A stretch of DNA of 64,000 bases from Desulfobaccales bacterium (GTDB lineage Bacteria > Desulfobacterota > Desulfobaccia > Desulfobaccales > 0-14-0-80-60-11), in NCBI GenBank assembly GCA_049585595.1, contig JBAVAG010000025.1:17632-81631 (forward strand). Reading direction: 5' to 3'. The translations under genes were made by a program, and so were the position numbers. The notes beneath the pieces are model-generated. The model was not told the origin of the DNA. It searched no databases and worked only from the letters and a program-made list of their open reading frames with translations. The stretch's first letter is position 1, and each line of letters opens with the position of its first letter. Of this stretch, positions 41,993 through 52,078 are shown piece after piece.

Positions 41993-44146
41993 CTAAACCA
42001 AATTGATACTTGTCAGGAGAAGATCGATCAGTTTTATGCCGATAAAGGGGATGATCACGCCTCCCAATCCCCAGATCAGCAAATTCCGCCGCAGCAGCGC
42101 ATCGGCGCCCAAGGCCCGGTAGCGGACTCCTTTAAGGGCCACCGGGATGAGGCACGGAATGATAATGGCATTGAAGATCACCGCCGACAGGATGGCCGAA
42201 ACCGGCGAATGCAGGTGCATGATGTCGATCGCCTTCAGCCACGGCAAAGTGCCCGCAAACAGCGCCGGGATGATGGCGAAGTACTTTGCCATGTCGTTGG
42301 CGATGGAGAAGGTGGTCAATGACCCCCGGGTGATCAGGAGCTGCTTGCCGATTTCCACCACCTCGATCAGCTTGGTGGGGTCACTGTCCAGATCCACCAT
42401 GTTGGCCGCTTCCTTGGCAGCCTGGGTGCCGGCGTTCATGGCCAGGGCCACGTCGGCCTGGGCCAGGGCCGGGGCGTCATTGGTGCCGTCCCCCATCATG
42501 GCCACCAATTTCCCTTCGCCCTGCTCCTTCCTTATATAGGCTAGCTTGGTCTCCGGGGTGGCCTGGGCGAGGAAGTCATCGACGCCCGCCTTTTCGGCAA
42601 TGGTCTTGGCCGTCAGGGGGTTGTCCCCGGTGATCATCACGGTCCTAAGGCCCATCTTTCTCAGGCGGTCGAAACGCACGGCCATGTGGGGTTTCAAAAT
42701 GTCCTCCAACACCACCAGGCCCACGATCCGGTTGTCTTCGGCGACCGCCAGAGGGGTGGCGCCTTTGGAGGCGACGCTTTCCACGAAGCCGTTGAGCTCA
42801 TCCGGGATACTGCCCTGGCTGGCCTGGACGAATTCGCCAATGGCGTCCGGGGCTCCTTTGCGGATCCGCTTGCCGTCGGGAAGATCGACGCCGCTCATGC
42901 GCGTTTGGGCGGTGAACGGCACAAACTTCGCCTCCGGCGGCACCAGGATTGGGGTTTTGGTTTCCTCTACGAATAAATCGACGATGCTCTTCCCCTCAGG
43001 CGTCGGATCCGCCTCGGAGGCCAGGGCGGCCAGCCGCCCTACTTCAGCAGCCGAATAGTCGCCGACGGGAATGAACTTGGTGGCATGGCGGTTGCCCACG
43101 GTGATGGTGCCGGTCTTATCGAGCATGACCACGTCGATGTCGCCGGCCAGCTCCACCGACTTGCCGCTCTTGGCGATAATATTGGCCTGGAGGGCGCGAT
43201 CCATGCCGGCGATGCCGATGGCGGCCAGCAAGGCGCCGATGGTGGTGGGAATGAGGCAGACCAGCAGCGCAATCAGGGTCGGCACGTCGGTGCCGAGACT
43301 GTGCAAGGGTTCTTTGAGGCCCAGGTAGCCCATCATGTATTGTTCGGCGTTCCAGGACATGGGCCACAGGGGCATCACCACGATCAGGAAGACCAGGGTA
43401 AAGGCGGAGAGCACCAGGGTCAGGGCGATCTCATTGGGAGACCGCTGCCGGATGGCGCCCTCCACCAGGGCAATCATCCGGTCCAGGAACGAATCGCCGG
43501 CGCCCTGGGTGATCTCCACGACAATCCGGTCGGAAAGCACCACGGTACCCCCGGTCACCCCGGAGCGGTCGGTCCCGGCGGCGCGAATGACCGGCGCCGA
43601 CTCGCCCGTGATGGCCGATTCGTCCACCGAAGCCATGCCCTCGATGATCTCCCCGTCGCCGGGAATAGTCTGTCCCGCCTCCACCACCACCCGGTCACCC
43701 TGTTTTAGGGTCGCCGACGAGACCTCCTCAATGGCGTTGGCTTTATTGAGGCGATAGGCCACGGTATCGTGGCGGGCCCGCCGGAGCGAGTCGGCCTGGG
43801 CCTTACCGCGGGCCTCGGCCAGGGCCGTGGCGAAGTTGGCGAACAGCACGGTCAGGAAGAGCCAGACGTCCACCCAGATGAAATAACTGATGGGCACCTC
43901 GCTCACCGATTTGCCCAGGGCCGCCTGTAAGATAAACAACAGGGTCAGGAAGGCCCCGATCTCGACCACGAACATCACGGGATTATTCCACATGAGGTCA
44001 GGCCTCAGCATGGCGAAGGCCTGCTTCAAGGCCGCCAGCCCGGTTTCCTTCTCCAGCAGTCCTTTGGGTTTCACCCGGCGCTGCGATCCTGGCAGCGTGG
44101 CAGCAATCTCGGCTACAGGTTCCACTTTTATGCCGTTATTATCCAT
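41993..44146 (-). CDS. kdpB: KdpB P-type ATPase subunit (second operon)
   Basis: DKTGTIT, MITGDN and MGDGTNDAP motifs, 717 aa. Confidence 0.95.
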   Translation of the reverse strand: MDNNGIKVEPVAEIAATLPGSQRRVKPKGLLEKETGLAALKQAFAMLRPDLMWNNPVMFVVEIGAFLTLLFILQAALGKSVSEVPISYFIWVDVWLFLTVLFANFATALAEARGKAQADSLRRARHDTVAYRLNKANAIEEVSSATLKQGDRVVVEAGQTIPGDGEIIEGMASVDESAITGESAPVIRAAGTDRSGVTGGTVVLSDRIVVEITQGAGDSFLDRMIALVEGAIRQRSPNEIALTLVLSAFTLVFLIVVMPLWPMSWNAEQYMMGYLGLKEPLHSLGTDVPTLIALLVCLIPTTIGALLAAIGIAGMDRALQANIIAKSGKSVELAGDIDVVMLDKTGTITVGNRHATKFIPVGDYSAAEVGRLAALASEADPTPEGKSIVDLFVEETKTPILVPPEAKFVPFTAQTRMSGVDLPDGKRIRKGAPDAIGEFVQASQGSIPDELNGFVESVASKGATPLAVAEDNRIVGLVVLEDILKPHMAVRFDRLRKMGLRTVMITGDNPLTAKTIAEKAGVDDFLAQATPETKLAYIRKEQGEGKLVAMMGDGTNDAPALAQADVALAMNAGTQAAKEAANMVDLDSDPTKLIEVVEIGKQLLITRGSLTTFSIANDMAKYFAIIPALFAGTLPWLKAIDIMHLHSPVSAILSAVIFNAIIIPCLIPVALKGVRYRALGADALLRRNLLIWGLGGVIIPFIGIKLIDLLLTSINLV

Positions 44147-44201
44147 TTCGATATCTCTCCATCTGAGGTCTCATCAGGTGAGCCTCAAGGTTGCTCAAAG
44201 T

Positions 44202-46031
44202 TCAGCCCCCGAAGGGGATCGGGCCAAAATGCTCAGCCAACGGCCCCAAGGCAGCCACCGGCAGAAAGAGCAGGGCTTGAATGATCACTACCACCCCGAA
44301 CAACAGGAGGCCGAAGGTGAGGCTGTCGTCCCGCAGGGTCCCCAGGCCGAAGGGGCTCGATTTCTTCTCTCCGAGATAGGCCGCCATGGCCATGGGCGCA
44401 ATAATCGGCAGAAAGCGGGCGAAAATGATAGTGAGGCCCGTGGCAATGTCCCAGGGGATGGCCGTGGGCGACGGGCTCGGGTTGCTTAACAGGCCATAGG
44501 TGACCCCGAGGCCATCGAAGGCCGAGCCGTTATTGGCCGAGGCCGAGGAGAACTGGTAGAGCATCTGGGAAAAACCATGGGCCCCGGGGTTGCTGACGGC
44601 CAGGAGCCCCCAGCTCGTCGCTGCAAAGAGGCCGGTGGGTATGAGGATCATGGCCGGATGGACCAGCAGGGCCAGGACCGCCAGCTTCACCTCCCGGGCC
44701 CCGATCTTTTTGCCCAAATACTCGGGTGTCCGTCCCACCATCATGCCGGCTATGAAGATGCCGATGATGATGAAGATCAGCATATTGATCATGCCCACGC
44801 CTTTGCCACCGAAGAAGCAGTTGTTCCACATGCCCCACATGGGCGATATGGAAGCGACGGGGTTCATGCTATCTTCCTCGGCATTCACCGCACCACAGGT
44901 GACATCGGTGGTGAGTGCATCGAAGGTGGCGCCGGCCGAGGTCCCGAAGCGCATCTCTTTGCCTTCGAGATTGCCCAGGTGCTGGTCCACCGGCAGGCCG
45001 GCAACGGCCGGCAGGGATACCACCTGTTTGCCGCCCGGCGCCTTGGCGTTGGGGACCTCAAAAGTTCGGGCCACCGGATGGGCGGTCAATCCCGGATTCG
45101 GTTGCAGAGTGTCAAAGTAAACCGACCAGACGACCGTGCCCGCCATGAACACCAGCATAACTATGAAAATGACCAGGCCGTGCCGGAAACGGCCCAACAT
45201 GCGGCCGTACATCAGCACCAGGGCGAAGGGGAAGATCATCATGGCCAGGGTGTTGAAAAAGTTTGCCAGGCCAGTGGGATTCTCGAAGGGGTGTGCCGAG
45301 TTCATCCCGAAATAGCCGCCCCCGTTGGTGCCCAGCATCTTCATGGACTCAAAGGCGGCCACCGGTCCCATCGAGATAACCTGCGGCTTCGCCTCGCCTT
45401 TATCCGTGGTTCCCATGGCCGCAGGTTCGAGGGTCGAAACCTTCTGGGAGGCTTGCAGGGTCATGGGGCTGCCTTGCGTGATGAAAATGAGGGCGACAAC
45501 GAAGGCCACCGGCACGAACATATAAGCCAACACCCGCCACATGTCCTGGAAAAAATTGCCGATCAAGGCCTGGCCGCGCAGCAGCCGGATGATGGCGACC
45601 AGGGCGCATAAGCCGATGGCCGCGGACAAGAAGAGATTGGCGTTGGCAAAGAAAATCTGGCTAAAGATCGATAGGGTCTGCTCCCCGGCATAGTGCTGGA
45701 GGTCGGTGTTCGTCATGAACGAGGCCACGCTGTGGAAGATGGTGCTGGGGTTGATCATCCCAAAGCCATCCGGATTGAGCGGCAGCCAGGGCTGGAAGGC
45801 CAGGACCAGAAAGCCGAACACGAACAGGACGGTGTTAAAAATGAGCAGGGAGGCGATATACTGCTTCCAGTTCTGCTGGCCGCTGTCCAGGTGCTTCTCA
45901 ACCCAGCCCAGGACCGGCAGGGGCCGGTATTTCCCCTCCATGATCCAGGTCAAGTACCGGCTTAAGGGGAAGGCGATGACGGTCGCCGCGGCCAAAAGCA
46001 AGAAAGGAAGTAACCAGATTTGCATAAACAT
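44202..46031 (-). CDS. kdpA: KdpA (second operon, divergent subfamily)
   Basis: 609 aa with KdpA blocks NTDLQHYAGE, MLGTNGGGYF and SASANNGSAF. Confidence 0.9.
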   Translation of the reverse strand: MFMQIWLLPFLLLAAATVIAFPLSRYLTWIMEGKYRPLPVLGWVEKHLDSGQQNWKQYIASLLIFNTVLFVFGFLVLAFQPWLPLNPDGFGMINPSTIFHSVASFMTNTDLQHYAGEQTLSIFSQIFFANANLFLSAAIGLCALVAIIRLLRGQALIGNFFQDMWRVLAYMFVPVAFVVALIFITQGSPMTLQASQKVSTLEPAAMGTTDKGEAKPQVISMGPVAAFESMKMLGTNGGGYFGMNSAHPFENPTGLANFFNTLAMMIFPFALVLMYGRMLGRFRHGLVIFIVMLVFMAGTVVWSVYFDTLQPNPGLTAHPVARTFEVPNAKAPGGKQVVSLPAVAGLPVDQHLGNLEGKEMRFGTSAGATFDALTTDVTCGAVNAEEDSMNPVASISPMWGMWNNCFFGGKGVGMINMLIFIIIGIFIAGMMVGRTPEYLGKKIGAREVKLAVLALLVHPAMILIPTGLFAATSWGLLAVSNPGAHGFSQMLYQFSSASANNGSAFDGLGVTYGLLSNPSPSPTAIPWDIATGLTIIFARFLPIIAPMAMAAYLGEKKSSPFGLGTLRDDSLTFGLLLFGVVVIIQALLFLPVAALGPLAEHFGPIPFGG

Positions 46032-46076
46032 ATTTCAAGCTCCTTAAGATATTGCGGGGATTGCCGTGGCCCTGGC

Positions 46077-46157
46077 TCAGAACCATTCCGGCCGGACCAG
46101 GGCCACCACCAGGTAAACGAACAAGAAGATTGCTATAACCGCGGTCAGGTACATCAT
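46077..46157 (-). CDS. kdpF: KdpF (second operon)
   Basis: MMYLTAVIAIFLFVYLVVALVRPEWF. Confidence 0.65.
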   Translation of the reverse strand: MMYLTAVIAIFLFVYLVVALVRPEWF

Positions 46158-46173
46158 GGTCACCACCTCGTTT

Positions 46174-46269
46174 TCAGATTTTTTCGCAGCCTAGCAGGAA
46201 CAGGAAACAGATTCCCATCGCGGCCAGGCCCAAAAGAAACATCGCCGGCAGCCAGATAAATAGGTTCAC
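46174..46269 (-). CDS. putative 31-aa hydrophobic peptide upstream of kdpF (second operon)
   Basis: GTG start with AGGAGG 8 nt upstream. VNLFIWLPAMFLLGLAAMGICFLFLLGCEKI. Confidence 0.4.
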   Translation of the reverse strand: MNLFIWLPAMFLLGLAAMGICFLFLLGCEKI

Positions 46270-46503
46270 TAGGAATTCCTCCTTTTCTTCCTCGAAGATG
46301 GCAATTTTTTAAGTATCTCGTCCCCAAAGGTCAAGGGCGGATCCCATAAAAGCGCCTCGGCATTTTGCAAGGAGCCTGGCGCCTCCCGGTCAAGGAGATT
46401 GGGACCCGGCAAACGCCCCTCAAGCCGAGGACCAGCGGCCTTGCCGCTGGCGTACTGAGTACTGAGATCAATTTGGACGCCATTTTCTCATCCCGGGCTA
46501 TGG

Positions 46504-46519
46504 AGCATAGTTCGTGCCA
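46504..46519 (-). promoter_or_regulatory. sigma54-like promoter upstream of the second kdp operon
   Basis: The minus strand reads TGGCACGAACTATGCT (GG/GC spacing correct; the -12 element is ATGC rather than TTGC). It lies about 235 nt upstream of the first small ORF. Confidence 0.35.
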
Positions 46520-46656
46520 TGCGCTGATTTTAGATATTATTCTGTAAATTACGGTAGTTACTATCATGGAGCCGCGAAACCAGGGGATTGGAGGATTGCA
46601 AAATTCAAGAAAGGGCCATCCGGGGGATTTCAAACTGAAATGAATGGTGAGTTACT

Positions 46657-48123
46657 TCAGGAGGAGGTCAGAGGCAGGCTGATGGTGCAGGTGGTGCCGC
46701 AATTAATCTCGCTGTCGATGGCGATCTCCCCGCGGTGCAGGTCAATCAGGCCCCGGCAGATGGTGAGACCCAGGCCGGTGCCCCCAACCTTCGTGGAGAA
46801 AAACGGGGTGAACAGGGATCTTAAGTGTTCCGGGTCAATGCCCAGACCGTTGTCCGCGATGGTGAGCACCAGGTGGTTCCCCCGGACCGCGGCGCTGACC
46901 CGCAGCACCCCGCCGTGAGGCATGGCCTCCAGGCTATTTTTGAAGAGGTTGATGAGAACCTGGCGAATCTGGCCGGGGTCGAAGGCGAAGGCCGCGATCG
47001 CCTCCGGGGCCGAAAGCTCCAAGGTCACCCCTTGCTCCTGGAAGGCGGCCTCCATCAAGCCCATTACCTGCCGGATCAGCGCCAAAATGTCGCCGGAGAC
47101 CTTTTGGCTGGGGGTGGTGTGGCCAAAGGCGCTCAAATCGGCCAGAAATTTCTCCAGCCGCTGCACTTCCTGGCAGATAAGCTCCAGCCTTTGCCGGGCT
47201 GTTTCGGGAAAATCCTTCTGGCGAGCCAGTTTCTGGGCAAAGCCGCCGATGCTGGCCAAAGGATTCTTGATTTCATGGCTGATATGGGACACCATCATGC
47301 CCAGGGTGGCCAGGCGCTCCTGGCGTACCAGCTCCTCTTCCAGGCGTTTCCGTTCCCGCAGGTCCCGGAAATAGACGATGACTCCCATCTCCCGGCCGTT
47401 TTCCCGGAGGAGGCGGGCCGACAGCCAGACGGGCACCGGAGCGCCGTCTTTAGGGCGCACCAGGGTTTCATAATTTTCCAGGACGCCGGGGCCGCCGTAA
47501 TCCGGGGAGTAGATGAGCTCTTTGATTTCGTGGGCCAGCCCTTCGGGATAGAGAGCATCGATCTTTAATACCCCGATGACCTCTTCCGGCCGGTAGCCCA
47601 GGATGCGAGAGGCGCCTTCGTTAAAGATGAGGACGTTGCCCAACAGGTCGTTGACCACGATGCCATCCATGGAGGCCTGCACCAGCATGCGCTCCAGCTC
47701 ATCCATCTGGCGCACCTGGCACTCCAGGTTAAACATCTGGGTGACATCCCGGAAGTTGCACACCGTCCAGGCTTCTTCCTCACCCCCCTCCAGGTGAAAG
47801 AAGGTGCCTTCATAGATGAATTTCTGGCCGTCCACCTCCCGGGTGAGGATGTAGTGGTCCGGGAAGTAAGCCCCCAGATCCAGGGGGCAGAAGCCCATCT
47901 CGTCGCCGGAGGTGGTTTCAAAGGGGCTCCCCAAATCGAAACAGACCCGCCCGGAGATCGCCGGCCATTCCAGGCCAAAGTGCTCCAGGAAGGAGGCGTT
48001 GGCGTAAACGATGCGCCGCGCCTCATCCAGCACCAGGGTGAAGACATTCGGAAGGCTATCCAGCAACCGGGCAAAGAGTCCGCGGGGTGGGCGCCGCCCG
48101 GCGGCTTCAGGTTTGCACGCCAT
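46657..48123 (-). CDS. PAS-domain sensor histidine kinase
   Basis: Two PAS-like regions, H-box SHISHEIKNPL, N/G boxes, and GGTGLGL at the C-terminus. Confidence 0.85.
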   Translation of the reverse strand: MACKPEAAGRRPPRGLFARLLDSLPNVFTLVLDEARRIVYANASFLEHFGLEWPAISGRVCFDLGSPFETTSGDEMGFCPLDLGAYFPDHYILTREVDGQKFIYEGTFFHLEGGEEEAWTVCNFRDVTQMFNLECQVRQMDELERMLVQASMDGIVVNDLLGNVLIFNEGASRILGYRPEEVIGVLKIDALYPEGLAHEIKELIYSPDYGGPGVLENYETLVRPKDGAPVPVWLSARLLRENGREMGVIVYFRDLRERKRLEEELVRQERLATLGMMVSHISHEIKNPLASIGGFAQKLARQKDFPETARQRLELICQEVQRLEKFLADLSAFGHTTPSQKVSGDILALIRQVMGLMEAAFQEQGVTLELSAPEAIAAFAFDPGQIRQVLINLFKNSLEAMPHGGVLRVSAAVRGNHLVLTIADNGLGIDPEHLRSLFTPFFSTKVGGTGLGLTICRGLIDLHRGEIAIDSEINCGTTCTISLPLTSS

Positions 48124-48299
48124 AGTCTATGTTAAGTCTTAAATCTTCCCGATGCAACCCTGGGCAGGGTGAGACGCAGTAATGTCCGGCCAGGTTTTTG
48201 CGACGAGCCAGACAGTAGAGAATTGTTTTAATTTGAGTATGCACTGGTAGCCGCAGGCTTTAGCCTGCGTGAGAGATGCCCACAATCTAGAAGCTATGG

Positions 48300-48432
48300 C
48301 AAAACTCGATCTGCCCAAAAATGTCATCCTGAGTGAAGCGAAAGATCTCGTATTTCCCTGGTATTTATGAGATTCTTCGGTCGCTTCGCTCCCTCAGAAT
48401 GACAAAAATGGGGACTTTTGCAGAGGTCTCAA
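48300..48432. repeat. long inverted-repeat element, second copy
   Basis: TGTCATCCTGAGTGAAGCGAAAGATCTC ... GAGATTCTTCGGTCGCTTCGCTCCCTCAGAATGACA. Homologous to 7565-7712. Confidence 0.7.
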
Positions 48433-48505
48433 GTCATTTCCCTCTCCCCTTTGGGGGTGTTTGGACCAGGGAGAGGGCAGGGTGAGGGGGGGGTATTAAT
48501 AGTCT

Positions 48506-48576
48506 TGTAGGGGCGCACCCATGTGTGCGCCCCATAGGAAATGCTGGGTAGGGGCGGGTTTTAAACCCGCCCCTAC
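48506..48576. repeat. two adjacent GTAGGGGCG...CGCCCCTA(C) palindromic hairpins
   Basis: TGTAGGGGCGCACCCATGTGTGCGCCCCATAGG and GTAGGGGCGGGTTTTAAACCCGCCCCTAC. Confidence 0.7.
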
Positions 48577-48777
48577 GAAAAACCATGCGAAGCAAACCCC
48601 AACCCTATCACTTTTAAAAACCCCCCAGGGCAGAGGGATTTAGTCGCATCGATACAAGATGTTGATAATATCGTTGAATTTAGAATGGGATAGAGCTTAG
48701 CTCCTATCTAGTGTAATCTTCCGCAGGCAATTTTGCGGCGGCCGCTACGGGGTGAGACGTGATTCCTGCGGCCCATC

Positions 48778-49425
48778 CTAAAAGAAGTCGGTGAGATAGG
48801 GGTTGTGCAGTTTTTCGCGGCCCAGGGTGGAGGTGGGGGTCTCCCCGTAGTCATGGCCGGGCCAGACCCGGGTGTCATCGGGCAGGGGCATGATCTTCTC
48901 CTCCAGGGAGGCGAGGAGCCGGGAAAGGGAGCCGCCCGGGAGGTCGGTGCGGCCCGCGGCTCCCACGAACAGGGTGTCGCCGGTAAAGAGGTGGCCCGGG
49001 AAATAGAGGCAGATGGAGCCGGGGGTGTGACCCGGGGTGTGCAGGACCTGCGCCTCCTCCATTCCCAGGGGTAGGCGCTCGCCGTCCTCCAGCAGCAGAT
49101 CGGCCCGGGTCAGGGGCGGGTAGCCCTCGGCCAGGGCCTCGGCCTGCCTCTCCGGGCTCCTGAAGAACTCCCAGTCCAGTCGCTGGATGGCGATGCGGGC
49201 TTCGGTCTCTGCGGCCCAAAGGTCGTTGCCGGCGGTGTGGTCGGCGTGGCCATGGGTGTTGATGATCCAGGAAAGGCGCCAGCCTTTCTGGTACAGGCGC
49301 TTGGCCAGAATCCGGGCCGGGCCCCCCGGGTCGATGAGCAGAGCCTCCCGGCTTTCGGAACAGGCCACCAGGTAGGTGAACACCCTTTGAGGCCCGGAAG
49401 GTTCGGCGAAGATGCTCAGGGGCAA
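48778..49425 (-). CDS. MBL-fold metallo-hydrolase (glyoxalase II-like)
   Basis: THGHADHTAGN (HxHxDH) and a downstream HTPGHTPGS motif. Confidence 0.8.
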   Translation of the reverse strand: MPLSIFAEPSGPQRVFTYLVACSESREALLIDPGGPARILAKRLYQKGWRLSWIINTHGHADHTAGNDLWAAETEARIAIQRLDWEFFRSPERQAEALAEGYPPLTRADLLLEDGERLPLGMEEAQVLHTPGHTPGSICLYFPGHLFTGDTLFVGAAGRTDLPGGSLSRLLASLEEKIMPLPDDTRVWPGHDYGETPTSTLGREKLHNPYLTDFF

Positions 49426-49438
49426 GGGCTAAACCGGA

Positions 49439-49993
49439 TCATTTGGCCAAAAAGCTGAAGAGCATCTGGTCCGTGCGCAGGGCGTAAATCATGGCCTTGA
49501 TGCTGCGGACTTCCGCCTGCTCATTCTCTGACTCGGCCTCCCGCATCAACCGGTTGTAGGTCTCCGGCTGGCTAGTCCCCAGCAAGGTGGCCTTCTTAAA
49601 CTTCTCCTCGGCGGATTTCGCCAGGTTATCGGCTTGAGTCTGTTCATCCGAGGTCATCTTCTGGTTGATGGCTTCCTGCTGCAGCTCTTTGGGGGTCAAG
49701 AGACGGTCTTTCTGATCCTGGCCGCATTCCTTCTGCAGGATGGCGAACAGGGACTTGGCCTCTTTGGCCATGGACTTGGCCTCTGCGGTATAGTGGCCGT
49801 TCAGTTTCTTCTCGGCGTCGTCCAGCAGGGTTACCGCTCGTTTATAAATGATCTGGTGATCAGGACCGCAGGGCACCTTGGAGTCCGGGGATAGCGGGGG
49901 CGTCCCGGGTTGGCTCAGGGCCGCGCCCACCACGGGGAAGGCCAGCATGAGACATAACACCATGGGTAGAATACGTAATTGGCTCATGAGCAT
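49439..49993 (-). CDS. secreted hypothetical protein
   Basis: Signal peptide MLMSQLRILPMVLCLMLAFPVVGAALS, followed by a helical, Lys/Glu-rich region. Confidence 0.5.
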   Translation of the reverse strand: MLMSQLRILPMVLCLMLAFPVVGAALSQPGTPPLSPDSKVPCGPDHQIIYKRAVTLLDDAEKKLNGHYTAEAKSMAKEAKSLFAILQKECGQDQKDRLLTPKELQQEAINQKMTSDEQTQADNLAKSAEEKFKKATLLGTSQPETYNRLMREAESENEQAEVRSIKAMIYALRTDQMLFSFLAK

Positions 49994-50003
49994 ATCCTTT
50001 GCC

Positions 50004-50261
50004 TTAGTGAAGTTTGAAGGTCTCGGTGATGGCCCGCTGAAACCGGGGCCGATAGATGATGTCAAAGGCGGTCTCCTTGCCGGGAAACAACCCCAAGGCC
50101 TGGGAGCGGACGTTTTCGACCACCTGTTCCGCCTGCTCCAGGGTAAAGGTGCCGGCCCGAATCTCCGCCAGGGCCAGGTCCACTAAAAAGCGCAAGTATC
50201 TCAGGTTGCGGTTCTCCTCCCGGATGGCCTGCATTTGCGTCGGATCGTCCCAGTAGGACAA
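50004..50261 (-). CDS. small hypothetical protein (85 aa)
   Basis: Clean ORF with protein-like composition. No family recognised. Confidence 0.4.
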   Translation of the reverse strand: MSYWDDPTQMQAIREENRNLRYLRFLVDLALAEIRAGTFTLEQAEQVVENVRSQALGLFPGKETAFDIIYRPRFQRAITETFKLH

Positions 50262-50320
50262 GGGGATTCTCCCGGATGGCCCAGGTAGGAGAACTGGATT
50301 TAAACCCGGCCCCCAGCTCT

Positions 50321-51307
50321 CTATTCTACCTTGGGTTTAGGGGGCTGTAAAGGAGAAAGCTGGACCTCCTGAGGGCTGGTGCGTTTGGCCGGAGAGGGCT
50401 GCAAGGGCAACGGCTGGGGCGAGCCCTTGGTGATCTCCCGGGCGATGCCTTCCTTGGCCTTCAGGATGGCGGGGACCTTATCCCAATCGATGCGGTCGCC
50501 CAATTGGTAGTGCTCCGCCAAGTCCCGGAGGTAATCGAGGGGCGCATCCTCCATTAAATCATAGATATCGGGGTGCGCTTCCAGAAAGACGCGGCCCTCC
50601 GGAGTGACCGCCAGTTTGATGGGGCGGTAGATGATCTTCACCGGGGTGCCCACCGCTATCTGGGGATAGAGCTGGACCATCTCATCGGGCAGCATGCGGA
50701 TGCAGCCGTGGGACACGTAGCGACCTATGCTATAGGGGTTGTTGGTGGCGTGGATGCCTATCCCCGAGGCGGAGGTCTCCATATAATAATGGCCCAGGGG
50801 GTTCTTGGGCCCCGGCGGCACCTTTTCCCTCACCTCCAGGCCCTCCTCCTCCATCTCATCCTGAATGGAGGGCGGCACGTTCCAGGTGGGGTTGGTGCGC
50901 TTATCCTCGATCTTGTAGGTTCCGGTGGGGGTCTGCCAGGTAGGCTTGCCCAGGGCCAGGGAATAGCAGCGCTGGTAAACGCCCTTTTCGAAATGGTACA
51001 TCAATAACTCCGGCAGGTTGATGACCAAGCCGTTGTCCAGCTCCGCCGGGACGATATGGGCCGTGTTGATCCTCAAAACCATGCCCGGCTTTAATCTATA
51101 AGGGTCCTTCAGACCGTTGCGCCTGGCCACCACCGTAAATTTCACCCCTTTTTCGGCGGCCAGCAGGCCCAGGGTGGTCTTGCCCGGAACCTGGTAATCC
51201 TCCGGTCCGCCCACCACCTGGTGATAGAGGGGTGGGGGCTGGCTGGCTCCAGCCCAGGCGCTTTGGGCCAGCAGGATCATCAGTAGTAAGCTTAAGCGGC
51301 GTGCCAT
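50321..51307 (-). CDS. L,D-transpeptidase (YkuD domain) with LysM-like region
   Basis: Signal peptide, and the SHGCIRM catalytic motif. Confidence 0.85.
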   Translation of the reverse strand: MARRLSLLLMILLAQSAWAGASQPPPLYHQVVGGPEDYQVPGKTTLGLLAAEKGVKFTVVARRNGLKDPYRLKPGMVLRINTAHIVPAELDNGLVINLPELLMYHFEKGVYQRCYSLALGKPTWQTPTGTYKIEDKRTNPTWNVPPSIQDEMEEEGLEVREKVPPGPKNPLGHYYMETSASGIGIHATNNPYSIGRYVSHGCIRMLPDEMVQLYPQIAVGTPVKIIYRPIKLAVTPEGRVFLEAHPDIYDLMEDAPLDYLRDLAEHYQLGDRIDWDKVPAILKAKEGIAREITKGSPQPLPLQPSPAKRTSPQEVQLSPLQPPKPKVE

Positions 51308-51309
51308 GG

Positions 51310-52071
51310 CTAAAGATCCGCCTCCGCTTCATAAGGAAAATGATCGGAAGGATAGCGGTTATCCTGATGGTCGGTGACGATGGCCACCCGGCGGACCCGG
51401 AAGGCCGGGGTCGCCAGAATCCAGTCGATCCTGGCCCCCCGGGGCTTGCCGTCAAAATAGTGCAGGGTGGTGGCTTCCTCCCCCTCAGGGTGCAAGGCCC
51501 GCCAGGTATCGAGAAATGGCCGGCCCTCCCCGACCAATTCCCGATAAACCGGAGCCTCCGGCGGTTCGTTGAAGTCGCCGGCCAGAATCAGGGGGCGGCT
51601 TAAAGGACCGAAACGGTCCCGGATCATCCTGGCCCCCTGGAGGCGGGCCTCCGGGGAGATGTTGTCCAGGTGGGTATCGATAAAATAGAAGGGCTCGGTC
51701 GACTCGGCTCTCCGGAACAGGCCATAGGTGGCCAGGCGGGGAAAGGCGCTGTCCCAACTGCGGCTGCGGTGCACCTCCGGGGTCTGGGAGAGCCAGAACT
51801 CCCCGCTCTCCTCTACGGTAAAGCCCTCGGCCCGGTAAAAAATGGTGGGATACTGGCAGGTTTCATCCACCTGGCGGTGGGCCGTCAGGGGCAGGTATTC
51901 CGGCAAATTTGCCGCAAGTTCGCGCAGCATGGGCACGGTGCCTTCCTGGGTGCCCAGGAGGTCCGGCCGGCGCCGGCGAATGACGTCTGCCACCAGGTCC
52001 CGGCGAAACTGCCATTCGTTGGGACCGTCCAGGGGGGTGGCAAAGCGCAGGTTAAAGGTCATGACCAGCAT
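51310..52071 (-). CDS. endonuclease/exonuclease/phosphatase (EEP) family protein
   Basis: MTFNLRF...GTQE...GDFN...SDH pattern. Confidence 0.75.
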   Translation of the reverse strand: MLVMTFNLRFATPLDGPNEWQFRRDLVADVIRRRRPDLLGTQEGTVPMLRELAANLPEYLPLTAHRQVDETCQYPTIFYRAEGFTVEESGEFWLSQTPEVHRSRSWDSAFPRLATYGLFRRAESTEPFYFIDTHLDNISPEARLQGARMIRDRFGPLSRPLILAGDFNEPPEAPVYRELVGEGRPFLDTWRALHPEGEEATTLHYFDGKPRGARIDWILATPAFRVRRVAIVTDHQDNRYPSDHFPYEAEADL

Positions 52072-52078
52072 AATATCC

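Noticed and set aside
46270-46500. ydaO/kimA-type c-di-AMP riboswitch upstream of kdp operon 2.
   Set aside because: The characteristic ACGGGGGACCCA / CCGCCCG / GGGGTGAATC-type blocks could not be found in the minus-strand leader.
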